Part shown: positions 37,077-45,930 of the stretch, in pieces
Layout: each line of letters begins with the position of its first letter
Position numbering within the stretch: the first letter of the stretch is position 1
Source of the DNA: Candidatus Micrarchaeota archaeon
GTDB lineage: Archaea; Micrarchaeota; Micrarchaeia; Norongarragalinales; SBBD01
NCBI GenBank assembly: GCA_038046605.1
Contig: JBBSVW010000089.1
Span: 1 to 47,451 of the forward strand
Direction: 5' to 3'
Length of the DNA stretch: 47,451 nt
Program-made: the position numbers and the translations under genes
Notes under the pieces: model-generated
The model's input: only the letters and a program-made list of their open reading frames with translations
Databases searched by the model: none
Told to the model about the DNA's origin: nothing

Positions 37077-37148
37077 GGGCTCGTAGTGGACTGGTAACAC
37101 GCCTGCATGGCATGCAGGAGACAGCGGGTTCGATTCCCGCCGAGTCCA
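37077..37148 (+). tRNA. tRNA-Ala(GGC)
   Basis: GGGCTCG/CGAGTCC acceptor with G3:U70, CCTGC-ATGGCAT-GCAGG anticodon arm, GCGGG-TTCGATT-CCCGC T-arm. Confidence 0.95.
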
Positions 37149-37150
37149 CT

Positions 37151-37789
37151 TTAAAGGATTTTTGCCCTCTTGATGATTTCAAGCGCTTTTGGCAATAGTC
37201 TTACCGTATATTGGCGCGCACGTCCCAACGTTTTGCTTGCCTGCTCATGCGTCAAATCCATGTAATTTATTAGCAGAACAGAAAGGACATGGTCTTCTGT
37301 TAATTTACTCGGGTTCGAGCGATGGAAGGATATGATTTTCCCTAGCACATCCTCCAATTCGATGCTTGTTTCCATCTTGCTGGCGGCTTTGCCCCTATCT
37401 CCAAGGCTCCGTTCTGGAAGGTCATACGTACGTTCTATCCTTTTTCTTGTATCCCTTTTTATATAATTGAGCAAAGCGTTCGTAATCACCCCGAAAGCAT
37501 ATGTATTGATTGGAACTCCCTGTTCCGTGAAAGTATGTATGGCCCTCCAAAGGTACTCTTGGCTAACGCTATGTATTTGGTGATGGTCTAAATTCGGGTT
37601 TCTAAAAATATAATATGCTGCCATTCTTTTTGCCAAAGGTTGGAATTCTGAAAAATACCTTTCGCGTTCCCCCAGTGGCGGAAATCCATATATCCCTTTT
37701 TCCCCCAAAATTAGCGGAGTATGCTTAGTGCGTGCCTTGAATCCTGCGCCTAACGATTCGGCATAGGCTAGTAATTTGGAAGGTGTCAT
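37151..37789 (-). CDS. Sigma-70-like protein (regions 2 and 4)
   Basis: Region 2: PLAKRMA..QEYLWRAIHTF..GVPINTYAFGVITNALLNYIKR. Region 4: LTEDH..V.L..YMDLTHEQASKTLG..RQ..VRLL.KALEIIK. Confidence 0.72.
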   Translation of the reverse strand: MTPSKLLAYAESLGAGFKARTKHTPLILGEKGIYGFPPLGERERYFSEFQPLAKRMAAYYIFRNPNLDHHQIHSVSQEYLWRAIHTFTEQGVPINTYAFGVITNALLNYIKRDTRKRIERTYDLPERSLGDRGKAASKMETSIELEDVLGKIISFHRSNPSKLTEDHVLSVLLINYMDLTHEQASKTLGRARQYTVRLLPKALEIIKRAKIL

Positions 37790-37874
37790 TCCCCGATATT
37801 ATGCGCTAACGGCTTTTTTCTTGCAGGCATAATGATTACCGGTCGGGGAAAAATAAAAAACTAATATGCATATA

Positions 37875-38111
37875 TCACAGATTCGCCGGCGATATGTAAA
37901 CAACAGTGTCCCCGCGAAGCAAAACCGTGTTGAGCTTCCTTTTCATCTCGCCATTCTTGAGCTCCTCGCCGTTTTCAATGACAAGGTTCATGTGCACATC
38001 GAAGCTGGCAAGCGTTCCGCGGATCTCAACATCCCCCTTGAGCTTGACAAGCACGCTTTGGTTTAGCGCATTGTTCAACACATCAAAAGGCCTTTTTTCC
38101 ACCATTTTCAT
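37875..38111 (-). CDS. Lsm/Sm-like archaeal protein (SmAP1)
   Basis: RPFDVL, GTLASFDVHMNLVI (Sm1), LLRGDTVVYISP (Sm2). Confidence 0.95.
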   Translation of the reverse strand: MKMVEKRPFDVLNNALNQSVLVKLKGDVEIRGTLASFDVHMNLVIENGEELKNGEMKRKLNTVLLRGDTVVYISPANL

Positions 38112-38231
38112 CCCCTCTTTTTTTTAAAAAATATAATAAATGAATAATGCAACCTGGGCGCAGCATTACGGTATGGCGTATCGCCCCCATTGCCGATCAA
38201 TCCATCCCTTTCTCCCTCCAATTAACTATTT

Positions 38232-39014
38232 TTATTTGTTTTTCCTGCCAAATATCAAATCCAGAATAGATGCCAAGAATCCCTTTTTAACCTTTGTTTC
38301 GATCACAACCTTTTCCCCCGTCAATTTGCCCGCAAGGTAGCGGATCTCCCTGGCGGCCGGTGAATTGGGATTTCGAATGACAAAAGGGACCTGCACTGAT
38401 GTAGCCCTCCTGACTTCCACATCATCCGGTATCTGGTGCAAAAGCTTTGCCGAAAGCAAGGTTTCTATTTCCTCCTTTTTGACTTCCGTTTTGTCCCCCA
38501 AAACCATATTCTCAATAATGCCGGTAATTGTCATCCCCTTCTTCCCCGCGTAATTTATCACCTTTAGCGCATCCGCAAGGCTCGCCGGATTTGGCGTGAC
38601 CACGACAATCATTTCATTTGAGGAGGCAATCACATTCTCCACGACCTTATCCATTCCCGGCGGGCAATCAATGAGGACGATATCCGCAATCGGCTCCAAA
38701 TCCTTTATCGCATCGGGCAGCTTTTCCAAAACCAGCCTTTTAACCCTTTCAAGCGAAAGGCTCGAGGGCACATATTTGAGCTTTCCGGGCCCCTCATAAA
38801 CCGCGTCCCTGATGTTGGTTTCACCAAGAAGCACGTTGTGGAGGCTGATTGGCGCCCTATCAATTCCAAGCATTATGCCTACATTAGCCATGGAAATATC
38901 CGTGTCAACTACGACTACCCGCTTTCCAAGCTGCACTAGGGCAATTCCCAAATTGACGGCAATCGATGTCTTTCCAACGCCCCCTTTGCCCGAAGCAATT
39001 GCAATAATCCTCAT
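38232..39014 (-). CDS. minD: MinD-family ATPase
   Basis: IAIASGKGGVGKT, DTDISMAN, IDCPPG, C-terminal amphipathic GFLASILDLIFG. Confidence 0.92.
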   Translation of the reverse strand: MRIIAIASGKGGVGKTSIAVNLGIALVQLGKRVVVVDTDISMANVGIMLGIDRAPISLHNVLLGETNIRDAVYEGPGKLKYVPSSLSLERVKRLVLEKLPDAIKDLEPIADIVLIDCPPGMDKVVENVIASSNEMIVVVTPNPASLADALKVINYAGKKGMTITGIIENMVLGDKTEVKKEEIETLLSAKLLHQIPDDVEVRRATSVQVPFVIRNPNSPAAREIRYLAGKLTGEKVVIETKVKKGFLASILDLIFGRKNK

Positions 39015-39020
39015 AAAATA

Positions 39021-39581
39021 TCACTGGCCCTTTCCCTTGAATAGATCGCGCAGGAAATCATCGGCATCATCCGTTTCCCCCTGCGGCTTTTCCTTCTTTT
39101 CGACATCGCCCAATTTGAATTTTTTCATGATCTCAATTTTTGACCCGCTGCCATCCCCCTCCTTTACCTGCTCCTCAAAAAGTGCGGAAAAAGTTTCGGA
39201 TTTGAGCTTTTTGATGTCTGCATCGCTTGGAAGGCAAATTGCCTGCTCGTTGAATGCAAGTATCAGCTGCACCTGATCGTTGGTGAGCTGGAATATGTCT
39301 GAAATGCCATGCCTTGCGGCTGCCGCGTTCATTACCCTCTGGAATGCCAAATCGCCCATGATCTGCTTTGCGTATTTGAAATAATCATAAAAGCTCGCGA
39401 CAATTTTGCCATTGTCGAATACCACAATGCCCTCCTCGATGCCTGATGACCCTTCGATTGTGATTGCAAGGTAGCCGTTGAAAACCTTGTCCTTCAATTC
39501 CTTTAAAAGGGAGGGGAAATCTATTGCCGCGGTATCGATCCCTACTTTTACGGGTATTCCCGGAGGAAGATTCATATTCAT
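39021..39581 (-). CDS. DUF2226-like protein (MinD-associated)
   Basis: MNLPPG, FNGYLAIT, EEGIVVFDNGKIVA; adjacent to minD. Confidence 0.7.
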   Translation of the reverse strand: MNMNLPPGIPVKVGIDTAAIDFPSLLKELKDKVFNGYLAITIEGSSGIEEGIVVFDNGKIVASFYDYFKYAKQIMGDLAFQRVMNAAAARHGISDIFQLTNDQVQLILAFNEQAICLPSDADIKKLKSETFSALFEEQVKEGDGSGSKIEIMKKFKLGDVEKKEKPQGETDDADDFLRDLFKGKGQ

Positions 39582-39734
39582 CAAGCTTTGAAAAAATTAC
39601 TCTTTCCGATTTATTAAGGACACCTATATGGCGCAAGGAAATGGCAAAATATTGCCCGCCAATCTATTTGTCCTTAAACAATAAAAATAATCGATATGGA
39701 AAAGATATGGCTTCCCAGAATAAACAAATTCAAA

Positions 39735-41006
39735 TCACTCGCCAATATCCTCGGGCTTCCTTTTCATGTAGCCGTTTAGGTAATATGCGGCAAGGACAAG
39801 GATGATGAGGAGTGAGGCTGGCATCAAAAGTCCCTTGTAATCAAAGCCCTCCGGCGCGGGGGTGGTCGGCCTTGGCGTTGCATTTATGCAGCTTTTGAGC
39901 CTATCATTTAGATTGGCCGCCACCTCCTCCGCCTTTGCCACTTTTTCGGGAACCTGCAGATATGCCGATGTGTCCCTTGGGAATGACGGGTCCATGACGG
40001 CCTCGATTGCGTCCCATCTTTTCAACAGGTCGGCATTGCTAAGCCTGCACGAATTTAGCGCGGGCTCGTTTTGCTGCGCCAGAAGGGAATCGATGACTTT
40101 GGCGTTTTTAGCGCGGGTGTATGCATATTGGGCATTTGTCCTGGCCTTCCTATATTGCAGGCTGTAGATGGTATCGTTTACAAAGCGCTCGCGCTTCATT
40201 TTCCGATCGGAAAACTCCTTCTTTTTCAGCGCAAGGGAGGCGTTGTATGAGCGCAAAACGGAATCCTTCACCTTGAAGTTGGCAAGTTTTGCAAGCTCGG
40301 TGGCAACTGCGGGGTCGCCAATGGTTTTTTGCCTATCCTGCACGGCCTTTTGGTATTTATCGGCGGCACCGACAAAATCATGGAAATAATTGACGCTCCC
40401 GTCATACCGCTCCATTATCAACTCAAGATCGGATGGCACAAGGTCCTGGTAGGCTATGTTTGATATGAATGTCTCATATGAGTCAATGCCCTCCATGATC
40501 CGGGATAGGGCATCATCGGCGGCATTTTGCACACGGAAAAGTGAATCGTCAATTTCCGTCAAATCCTCATCGCTTTGCCTTTTGATGTTGTCAATAATTG
40601 GCGTTTCAACGCTATCCAGCTGGAATTTGAGCGAATCCATGATGTTCCTCAAATCCTGGAATGAAATCCCCCTATCCCTAAGGATTTGGAGAGATTCCAA
40701 ATCGTAATCCAAGGAGTATAGTTCGCGCAATGTGCCCTCGTTTTCCTCCAATATCCCCTCATCGCCCTCCTGCCTAACAATGATGATTAGGTTTTTCACC
40801 TTCGAATCCTGGGGCTGGATGTATGCGTGCCAGTATGTTTTCCCATCGTAGATAATCGGGTTCAAATCCTTTGGGACCTCCACCGCCTCGTCCTTGTTGC
40901 CGTAGACAAATGCGATTGTCTGCACATTTTCAGAGGAGAAGAGCGCGCTTGCAAAATTAAATAGGTAAATCAGGCCAAACAAAACAAATGCATGCTTTAA
41001 GCGCAT
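39735..41006 (-). CDS. Secreted helical protein with C-terminal membrane anchor
   Basis: Signal peptide, coiled-coil-rich body, PT linker, TM plus basic tail. Confidence 0.8.
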   Translation of the reverse strand: MRLKHAFVLFGLIYLFNFASALFSSENVQTIAFVYGNKDEAVEVPKDLNPIIYDGKTYWHAYIQPQDSKVKNLIIIVRQEGDEGILEENEGTLRELYSLDYDLESLQILRDRGISFQDLRNIMDSLKFQLDSVETPIIDNIKRQSDEDLTEIDDSLFRVQNAADDALSRIMEGIDSYETFISNIAYQDLVPSDLELIMERYDGSVNYFHDFVGAADKYQKAVQDRQKTIGDPAVATELAKLANFKVKDSVLRSYNASLALKKKEFSDRKMKRERFVNDTIYSLQYRKARTNAQYAYTRAKNAKVIDSLLAQQNEPALNSCRLSNADLLKRWDAIEAVMDPSFPRDTSAYLQVPEKVAKAEEVAANLNDRLKSCINATPRPTTPAPEGFDYKGLLMPASLLIILVLAAYYLNGYMKRKPEDIGE

Positions 41007-41135
41007 CAATATCCCTTCATGCCCAGCCTTAGAAAAATTAAATACGCTACTTTCCTTTAAAAGCGTAATCTTCCGATAATAAAACTTATAATAGGCTGGA
41101 CGGTAAAGTTGTATTCTTTAAAAAAATAATAAAGA

Positions 41136-41855
41136 ATGGTGAATTATTTGATCCGTGTAATCCTCGTTGACCCGATGTACCCCGTTAACATCGGCTCGGT
41201 TTGCCGCGTCATGAAGAATTTTGGCGCAAAGGAGCTATACCTGGTCAGGCCCCAGACCAAAATCACCGGCGAATCGGTCAAATATGCCAAGCACGCCTTG
41301 GATATTTTGAACAAGGCAAATATTGTGCCTACTTTTGATGCTGCGCTTTTGGGAATGGACTATATTATCGGAACAACCGGCGTTGTGCCCCGTTTTGGCT
41401 ATGCACTGAAAAGCTGCGTTTCTCCAAAGGACATGGCTGGAAGGTTTTCAAAGAGGGATAAAATCGCAGTTGTGCTTGGAAACGAGGGGGTAGGCCTAAC
41501 TCTTGCGGATCTGCAAAAGTGCGATCTTTTGGTTTCCATACCTGCAACTAGAAAATATGGGGTCCTAAACCTATCCCACGCATGCGCAATTGTGCTCTAT
41601 GAAATTTTCCTTGCCAAAAAAACCTGGAGCCACTACCGCCACGCCAATAAGAAACAGGTAAAATTCCTGGAAAAGATGTTTGGGGAAACCGTTTCCATGC
41701 TGGGGGAAATCCGTGACAAGAAGAAAGTGGAAACGGCATTCAAGAATGTCCTTGGAAGGGCCCGCCCTTCGGATGAGGAGCTGCAGGCCCTCTTTGTTGC
41801 CTTCGGAGGGATAAGCAAGAGGTTCAAGCCAAAAAAAGTAGGCGCGGTTCCGTGA
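41136..41855 (+). CDS. SPOUT RNA methyltransferase, TrmJ/TrmH family
   Basis: NIGSVCRVMKNFG, IGTTG, LGNEGVGL, LNLSHA. Confidence 0.92.
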   Translation: MVNYLIRVILVDPMYPVNIGSVCRVMKNFGAKELYLVRPQTKITGESVKYAKHALDILNKANIVPTFDAALLGMDYIIGTTGVVPRFGYALKSCVSPKDMAGRFSKRDKIAVVLGNEGVGLTLADLQKCDLLVSIPATRKYGVLNLSHACAIVLYEIFLAKKTWSHYRHANKKQVKFLEKMFGETVSMLGEIRDKKKVETAFKNVLGRARPSDEELQALFVAFGGISKRFKPKKVGAVP

Positions 41856-42077
41856 TTTTCTCTAGGAGATGCACAATTCAATATGCTTAATTTGCTATTT
41901 GCCCGCTTTACCCTCCTTCGTTGGGGGTGTCCATGTCTCCATGATATCTTTTCCAACCAACCCGTTCTCAAAGTTACGTTTATATACTTTTAGTTAGAAA
42001 CTAATATCGCTTTTCCTGCTATTTGCAATGAGCCTTTAGGGCTGATTTTGTTTGCAGGAAAGGAATAGGTATAATCA

Positions 42078-42530
42078 ATGGCCAGAATGCATACTCGAAG
42101 GCGGGGGGCAAGCAAGTCCCACAAGCCCAAGCGCTCAAATGCGCTGATGTGGGTTGCCGTCCCAAAGGAGGAAGTCGAATCAATAGTTGAAAAACTTGCC
42201 AAGGAGGGCCACAAGGAAGCCGAGATTGGTACAATCCTTCGCGACCAGCATGGCGTCCCATCCGCTAAATTAATTGCCGGCAAGACAATTTCACAAATCC
42301 TAAAGGAAAAGAATTTGACGCCCAAGTATCCATCGGATCTTTTGGACCTAATCAAGAAGGCAGTTAGGATGCGGAAGCATATGTCATTAAACAAGAAGGA
42401 TAAACTTAACAATAAGCAATTGATACACGTCGAGGCAAAAATCAAGCGCCTTGCGAAATATTACCGCGGCAAGAAACTGCCAAAGAACTGGAAGTACGAT
42501 CCCGTGCAGGCTGCGCTTTTAGTCAAGTGA
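42078..42530 (+). CDS. rps15: 30S ribosomal protein uS15 (S15P/S13e)
   Basis: MARMHTRRRG.S.S, IGTILRDQHG, P.DLLDLIKKAV, EAKIKRLAKYY. Confidence 0.97.
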   Translation: MARMHTRRRGASKSHKPKRSNALMWVAVPKEEVESIVEKLAKEGHKEAEIGTILRDQHGVPSAKLIAGKTISQILKEKNLTPKYPSDLLDLIKKAVRMRKHMSLNKKDKLNNKQLIHVEAKIKRLAKYYRGKKLPKNWKYDPVQAALLVK

Positions 42531-42577
42531 TGGCGTGGCTGCGATTGTGAAGTTATAATAATCATCTGAGTGGGAAA

Positions 42578-43264
42578 ATGGCACAAAAAAAAATAGTTGA
42601 CAACTGGAAGGCAAAGAGCTGGTATGCAGTCCGCGCCCCAAAATTCCTTGGCGAGGTCGAGGTGGCCCAGGTCATTGCGGTTGATGATGAGCACCTTATG
42701 GATCGCATCATCATAATCCCCCTGAAGGATGTCACAAGGGATATTTCGCACACATATGTCAACATCAAGCTTCGGATCACCGAAATCAAGGGCAAAACCG
42801 CTTTCACCAAATTCATCGGCCATGAGGTATCCCGCGAATTCATACATGCAATGGTGCGCCGGATGAACGATGCGCTCAATGTTGTTTTTGAGGCAAAATC
42901 GCGCGACGGGGTTGATTTCACAATCAAGGCTGTTGCGGTCACCGGGATTTCTTGCAGCGATCGCCAAAAAACAATCCTGCGCAATTTGATTGTAAAAGAG
43001 CTCAAGGAGAAAGTTGCCGGAAAGGATTTTGGCCAATTCATTTATGATACCCTTTATGGAAAAAGCGCCGCTGAACTTTTCAAAATACTCAAGAAAATCG
43101 TCCCAATCAAGAGGGTCGAGCTCCGGAAGACCGTCCTGACGGAAGTGTTCGACGTTCAAAATGCCTCCGAAATCGACAAGGGCGATTCAGTGCCGGCGCC
43201 AACAGAAGAGGAAGGGGGCAAGCCCGCTCCGGCGGAAATGACCTCTGCATCCGGTTCGCACTAA
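42578..43264 (+). CDS. rps3ae: 30S ribosomal protein eS1 (S3Ae)
   Basis: DNWKAKSWY.V.APKF, TKFIGHE.SREFI..MVRR, KIVPIKRVELRK. Confidence 0.96.
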   Translation: MAQKKIVDNWKAKSWYAVRAPKFLGEVEVAQVIAVDDEHLMDRIIIIPLKDVTRDISHTYVNIKLRITEIKGKTAFTKFIGHEVSREFIHAMVRRMNDALNVVFEAKSRDGVDFTIKAVAVTGISCSDRQKTILRNLIVKELKEKVAGKDFGQFIYDTLYGKSAAELFKILKKIVPIKRVELRKTVLTEVFDVQNASEIDKGDSVPAPTEEEGGKPAPAEMTSASGSH

Positions 43265-43271
43265 TTGACCA

Positions 43272-43360
43272 ACCCAAGGGGGAGATGCGTCAGAACCTTA
43301 GGGTTCTTAGCATGCCCAGAAACTACGGGTTTCTGGAAGCATGCCCAAACCCCCCTATTA
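43272..43360 (+). repeat. Multi-hairpin repeat after the rps3ae stop (related family member)
   Basis: ACCCAAGGGGG start and TGCCCAAACCCCC(C)TATT end shared with 47033-47086; internal hairpins AGAACC/GGTTCT and CCAGAAAC/GTTTCTGG. Confidence 0.7.
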
Positions 43361-43456
43361 TTTTGTTTTTATAATTTTCATAATTGTAGGGGAAGAAAAT
43401 ATAATTTGAAGCTAATTGCACCCTGTTCATAATTTTTCCCAATGCGCAATTGCCGA

Positions 43457-44686
43457 TCATTTTTTCATCTGCGTTGAAGCCGATGATGCCCTTGCCGCAA
43501 GCTTAGTCTCAAAGTAATACGCCGCAATTGTCCCGAAAATGTCCGTAAATATCATGAACAGGAGGGTTATTTCAAGTATTGCCCCCAGGTTGATGCCATA
43601 GGTGATTGGGATTGTTGCAAGCACGGCTGTTGCAAGGCCCCTTGGGAGCATTGCGGTTATTATGAAATCCGAGCCACGAAGCGATTTGTTCATTGACGTC
43701 AATAGGCGGACTGCAGCAAACCTGGCTATAAGCGATGCAACAAACATCAGGAAAGCGATTATGATGATATCCTGCGTCAAATCCTCAAAACTAATGACCA
43801 CGCCAACATACACAAAAAACATTGTCCGCACAAAAAAACTGACCTCAGAGTTGAAATTGCGGATTGCCGGGTCCAAATCGAAATCTTCCTTTATGCTGAA
43901 TAGTTTTGCCAGCGCTGGCGCATTGCCAAGGATCAGCCCAAAAAGCATGACTGATGTAATGCCATTGCCCTGCAATGCCTCCGAGCCGGAGTAGAGGAGG
44001 AAAACAAAACCCAGGGTTAGCAGATATTCAAATTGCTTTCCCTTGAAGTTCTCAAGAACCTTGAGCCAAACCGCTCCTGCAATGGCGCCAAGGAGGATTG
44101 CAATAGCAAATGTGCTTATGAAAAGCTGTATTGGAAAAATGGGCTCCCCTGCATGCGTGAAGAGCTGGATCATTATGACCATTCCGATGATTGTAACCAC
44201 ATCATTGAGCGCCGATTCGAGGTTAAGCAGCGTTTTTACCTTTTCGGTCACAGTCAGCTTGGCAACCAGGGGCGCAATTATCTCATAACTTGTGCCGGCA
44301 ACAATTATCCCCGCAAGAAGCGACCTGATCCAATCGAACCCGGCCCCGAATAGGAATACAAGCATGACTGCAATAGCCGTAAAGCCGCTGACCGCAACAG
44401 TAAACCAGATGCTTTCCGGAAGCTCTTCAATAACCTCGAAGAAATTGAGCTTGGTTCCGCCCTCGAACACGATGATGATCAAGGCTATTGAGCCAATTAG
44501 CGGGGCAAGGTCGATTAAAACCGATCCATCGAGCACATGGAATATGGGGCCCAGCAAAACGCCAAGCAAAATAAGGAAAAGCACATCCGGGATCTTTGTC
44601 CTGTCGAAAAAACGCGAGGCCAAATAGCCAACAAAAATAATCAGCCCTATGAGTGATATCAGCACCGGTATTGAGTTTTCGAGCAT
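43457..44686 (-). CDS. Cation:proton antiporter (CPA1/NhaP-like)
   Basis: About 12 TM segments; IPDVLFLILLG, LESALND, FFVRTMFFVYVG, PRGLATAVLA. Confidence 0.92.
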   Translation of the reverse strand: MLENSIPVLISLIGLIIFVGYLASRFFDRTKIPDVLFLILLGVLLGPIFHVLDGSVLIDLAPLIGSIALIIIVFEGGTKLNFFEVIEELPESIWFTVAVSGFTAIAVMLVFLFGAGFDWIRSLLAGIIVAGTSYEIIAPLVAKLTVTEKVKTLLNLESALNDVVTIIGMVIMIQLFTHAGEPIFPIQLFISTFAIAILLGAIAGAVWLKVLENFKGKQFEYLLTLGFVFLLYSGSEALQGNGITSVMLFGLILGNAPALAKLFSIKEDFDLDPAIRNFNSEVSFFVRTMFFVYVGVVISFEDLTQDIIIIAFLMFVASLIARFAAVRLLTSMNKSLRGSDFIITAMLPRGLATAVLATIPITYGINLGAILEITLLFMIFTDIFGTIAAYYFETKLAARASSASTQMKK

Positions 44687-44798
44687 ATAGTGGTAAGGGC
44701 GCCTTCCTATATAAATTATTTCTTCCCTCTTTGCAAAAAACAGGTGGGGTGTACGGGCTTGGCCTTATTGTGGCGCCAAAATGACAATAGCCGAATAA

Positions 44799-45767
44799 TT
44801 ACAAAACCGCTTTTCCAATAACCCTTAGCCCCTTTGCATCCAACCTTACAATCAATGCTGGGTAATCCGGATGCAGTGCGAACGGTTTTTCAAGCGTAAG
44901 TTTTCCCTTCCCCTCCTTCCCGCCTGCGATTTCATCCCCCTGCCATCTGCATGGTGCGTCCCCAAGGAATTGGAAAACATGGATCTGCTCGTTTTGCTTG
45001 AGGGAATCCCTTGTGAATTTGCTCATCGTAACCTTTACCTCGGGCTCTTTTGACACCTTCACTTGCGAATCCTTTGATGTCAGGAAATCGCCCCTTTCAA
45101 CATCCTTGCTTGCCAATAGTTTGATCGCAAGCCCGAACCTATCGCCACCATTGGTTTCCTTCACATCCTGGTCGTGCATCTGGATGGAGCGCACCTCGAG
45201 TTCCTTCCCGGATGGATGCACTGATAGCTTGTCATGCACGGAAATTTTGCCGGAGTGCAAAAAGCCAAGGACTATGCTCCCAACCCCCTTTACCTCGAAG
45301 GAATGGTCGACAGATGAAAGCACTTCATTTTGGGCAGCAGGGGATCCGTTTAGGCCCATCCACTCATGCCTTTGCGCTGCCAATATTTTTTCCTTTGCCT
45401 CATCGAATGAGCTGAAAATATCGTATTTTTCAAGCGCAGTCCCCCTGATCAGGCCCCCCAAATCCAGGTTTGTTATGAGGCACCCATCCTTTTTTCCAAG
45501 CAAATCAAGGGTCACAATGATTTCCCCAAGCTGGGCATTTAGTTGCTCGCCTATCACGACGCAATAATCGCTTAGGTATGCGCAGTAGGCAAGGGTCGGC
45601 ACCTTATCCGGATACTTTGTTGGTTCGATTACGGTGATTATCTTCCCCGAATAGACCGTCTGGTATTGCGTGATATCCTCCGCACTGCCCTTTTTTGCAA
45701 TTGCTGAAGCTATCTGCTGGCGTTTTTCCATATTGTCGCCAAATATGCCTATTGTCAAGCTTGCCAT
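44799..45767 (-). CDS. Archaeal SelB-like / EF-Tu domain II-III protein with degenerate GTPase domain
   Basis: VDHSFEVKGVGSIVLG, VRSIQMHD, GDRFGLAIK, DVERG; no Walker A. Confidence 0.85.
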   Translation of the reverse strand: MASLTIGIFGDNMEKRQQIASAIAKKGSAEDITQYQTVYSGKIITVIEPTKYPDKVPTLAYCAYLSDYCVVIGEQLNAQLGEIIVTLDLLGKKDGCLITNLDLGGLIRGTALEKYDIFSSFDEAKEKILAAQRHEWMGLNGSPAAQNEVLSSVDHSFEVKGVGSIVLGFLHSGKISVHDKLSVHPSGKELEVRSIQMHDQDVKETNGGDRFGLAIKLLASKDVERGDFLTSKDSQVKVSKEPEVKVTMSKFTRDSLKQNEQIHVFQFLGDAPCRWQGDEIAGGKEGKGKLTLEKPFALHPDYPALIVRLDAKGLRVIGKAVL

Positions 45768-45930
45768 GTTCTTGAAATGCCCCCAATATTTTTAACATCG
45801 ATCCGAGCTATTGGAATCAAACCATCCCAAATGCAACAAATCCAACCTGAATAAAAAAACATCCAATATTATATATCAGTCATCCCTTCCCATTAAAACA
45901 AGGAAAATAATTTTAGGGCGAGAACTTAAT

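Noticed and set aside
37789-37851. Imperfect inverted repeat TTCCCCGA...TCGGGGAA upstream of the sigma-like gene as mobile-element ends
   Set aside because: Short, with no target duplication and no second copy in the window.
41860-41945. Possible hairpin or partial repeat copy (TTGGGGGTGTC)
   Set aside because: Only about 10 nt match the repeat family; could be chance.
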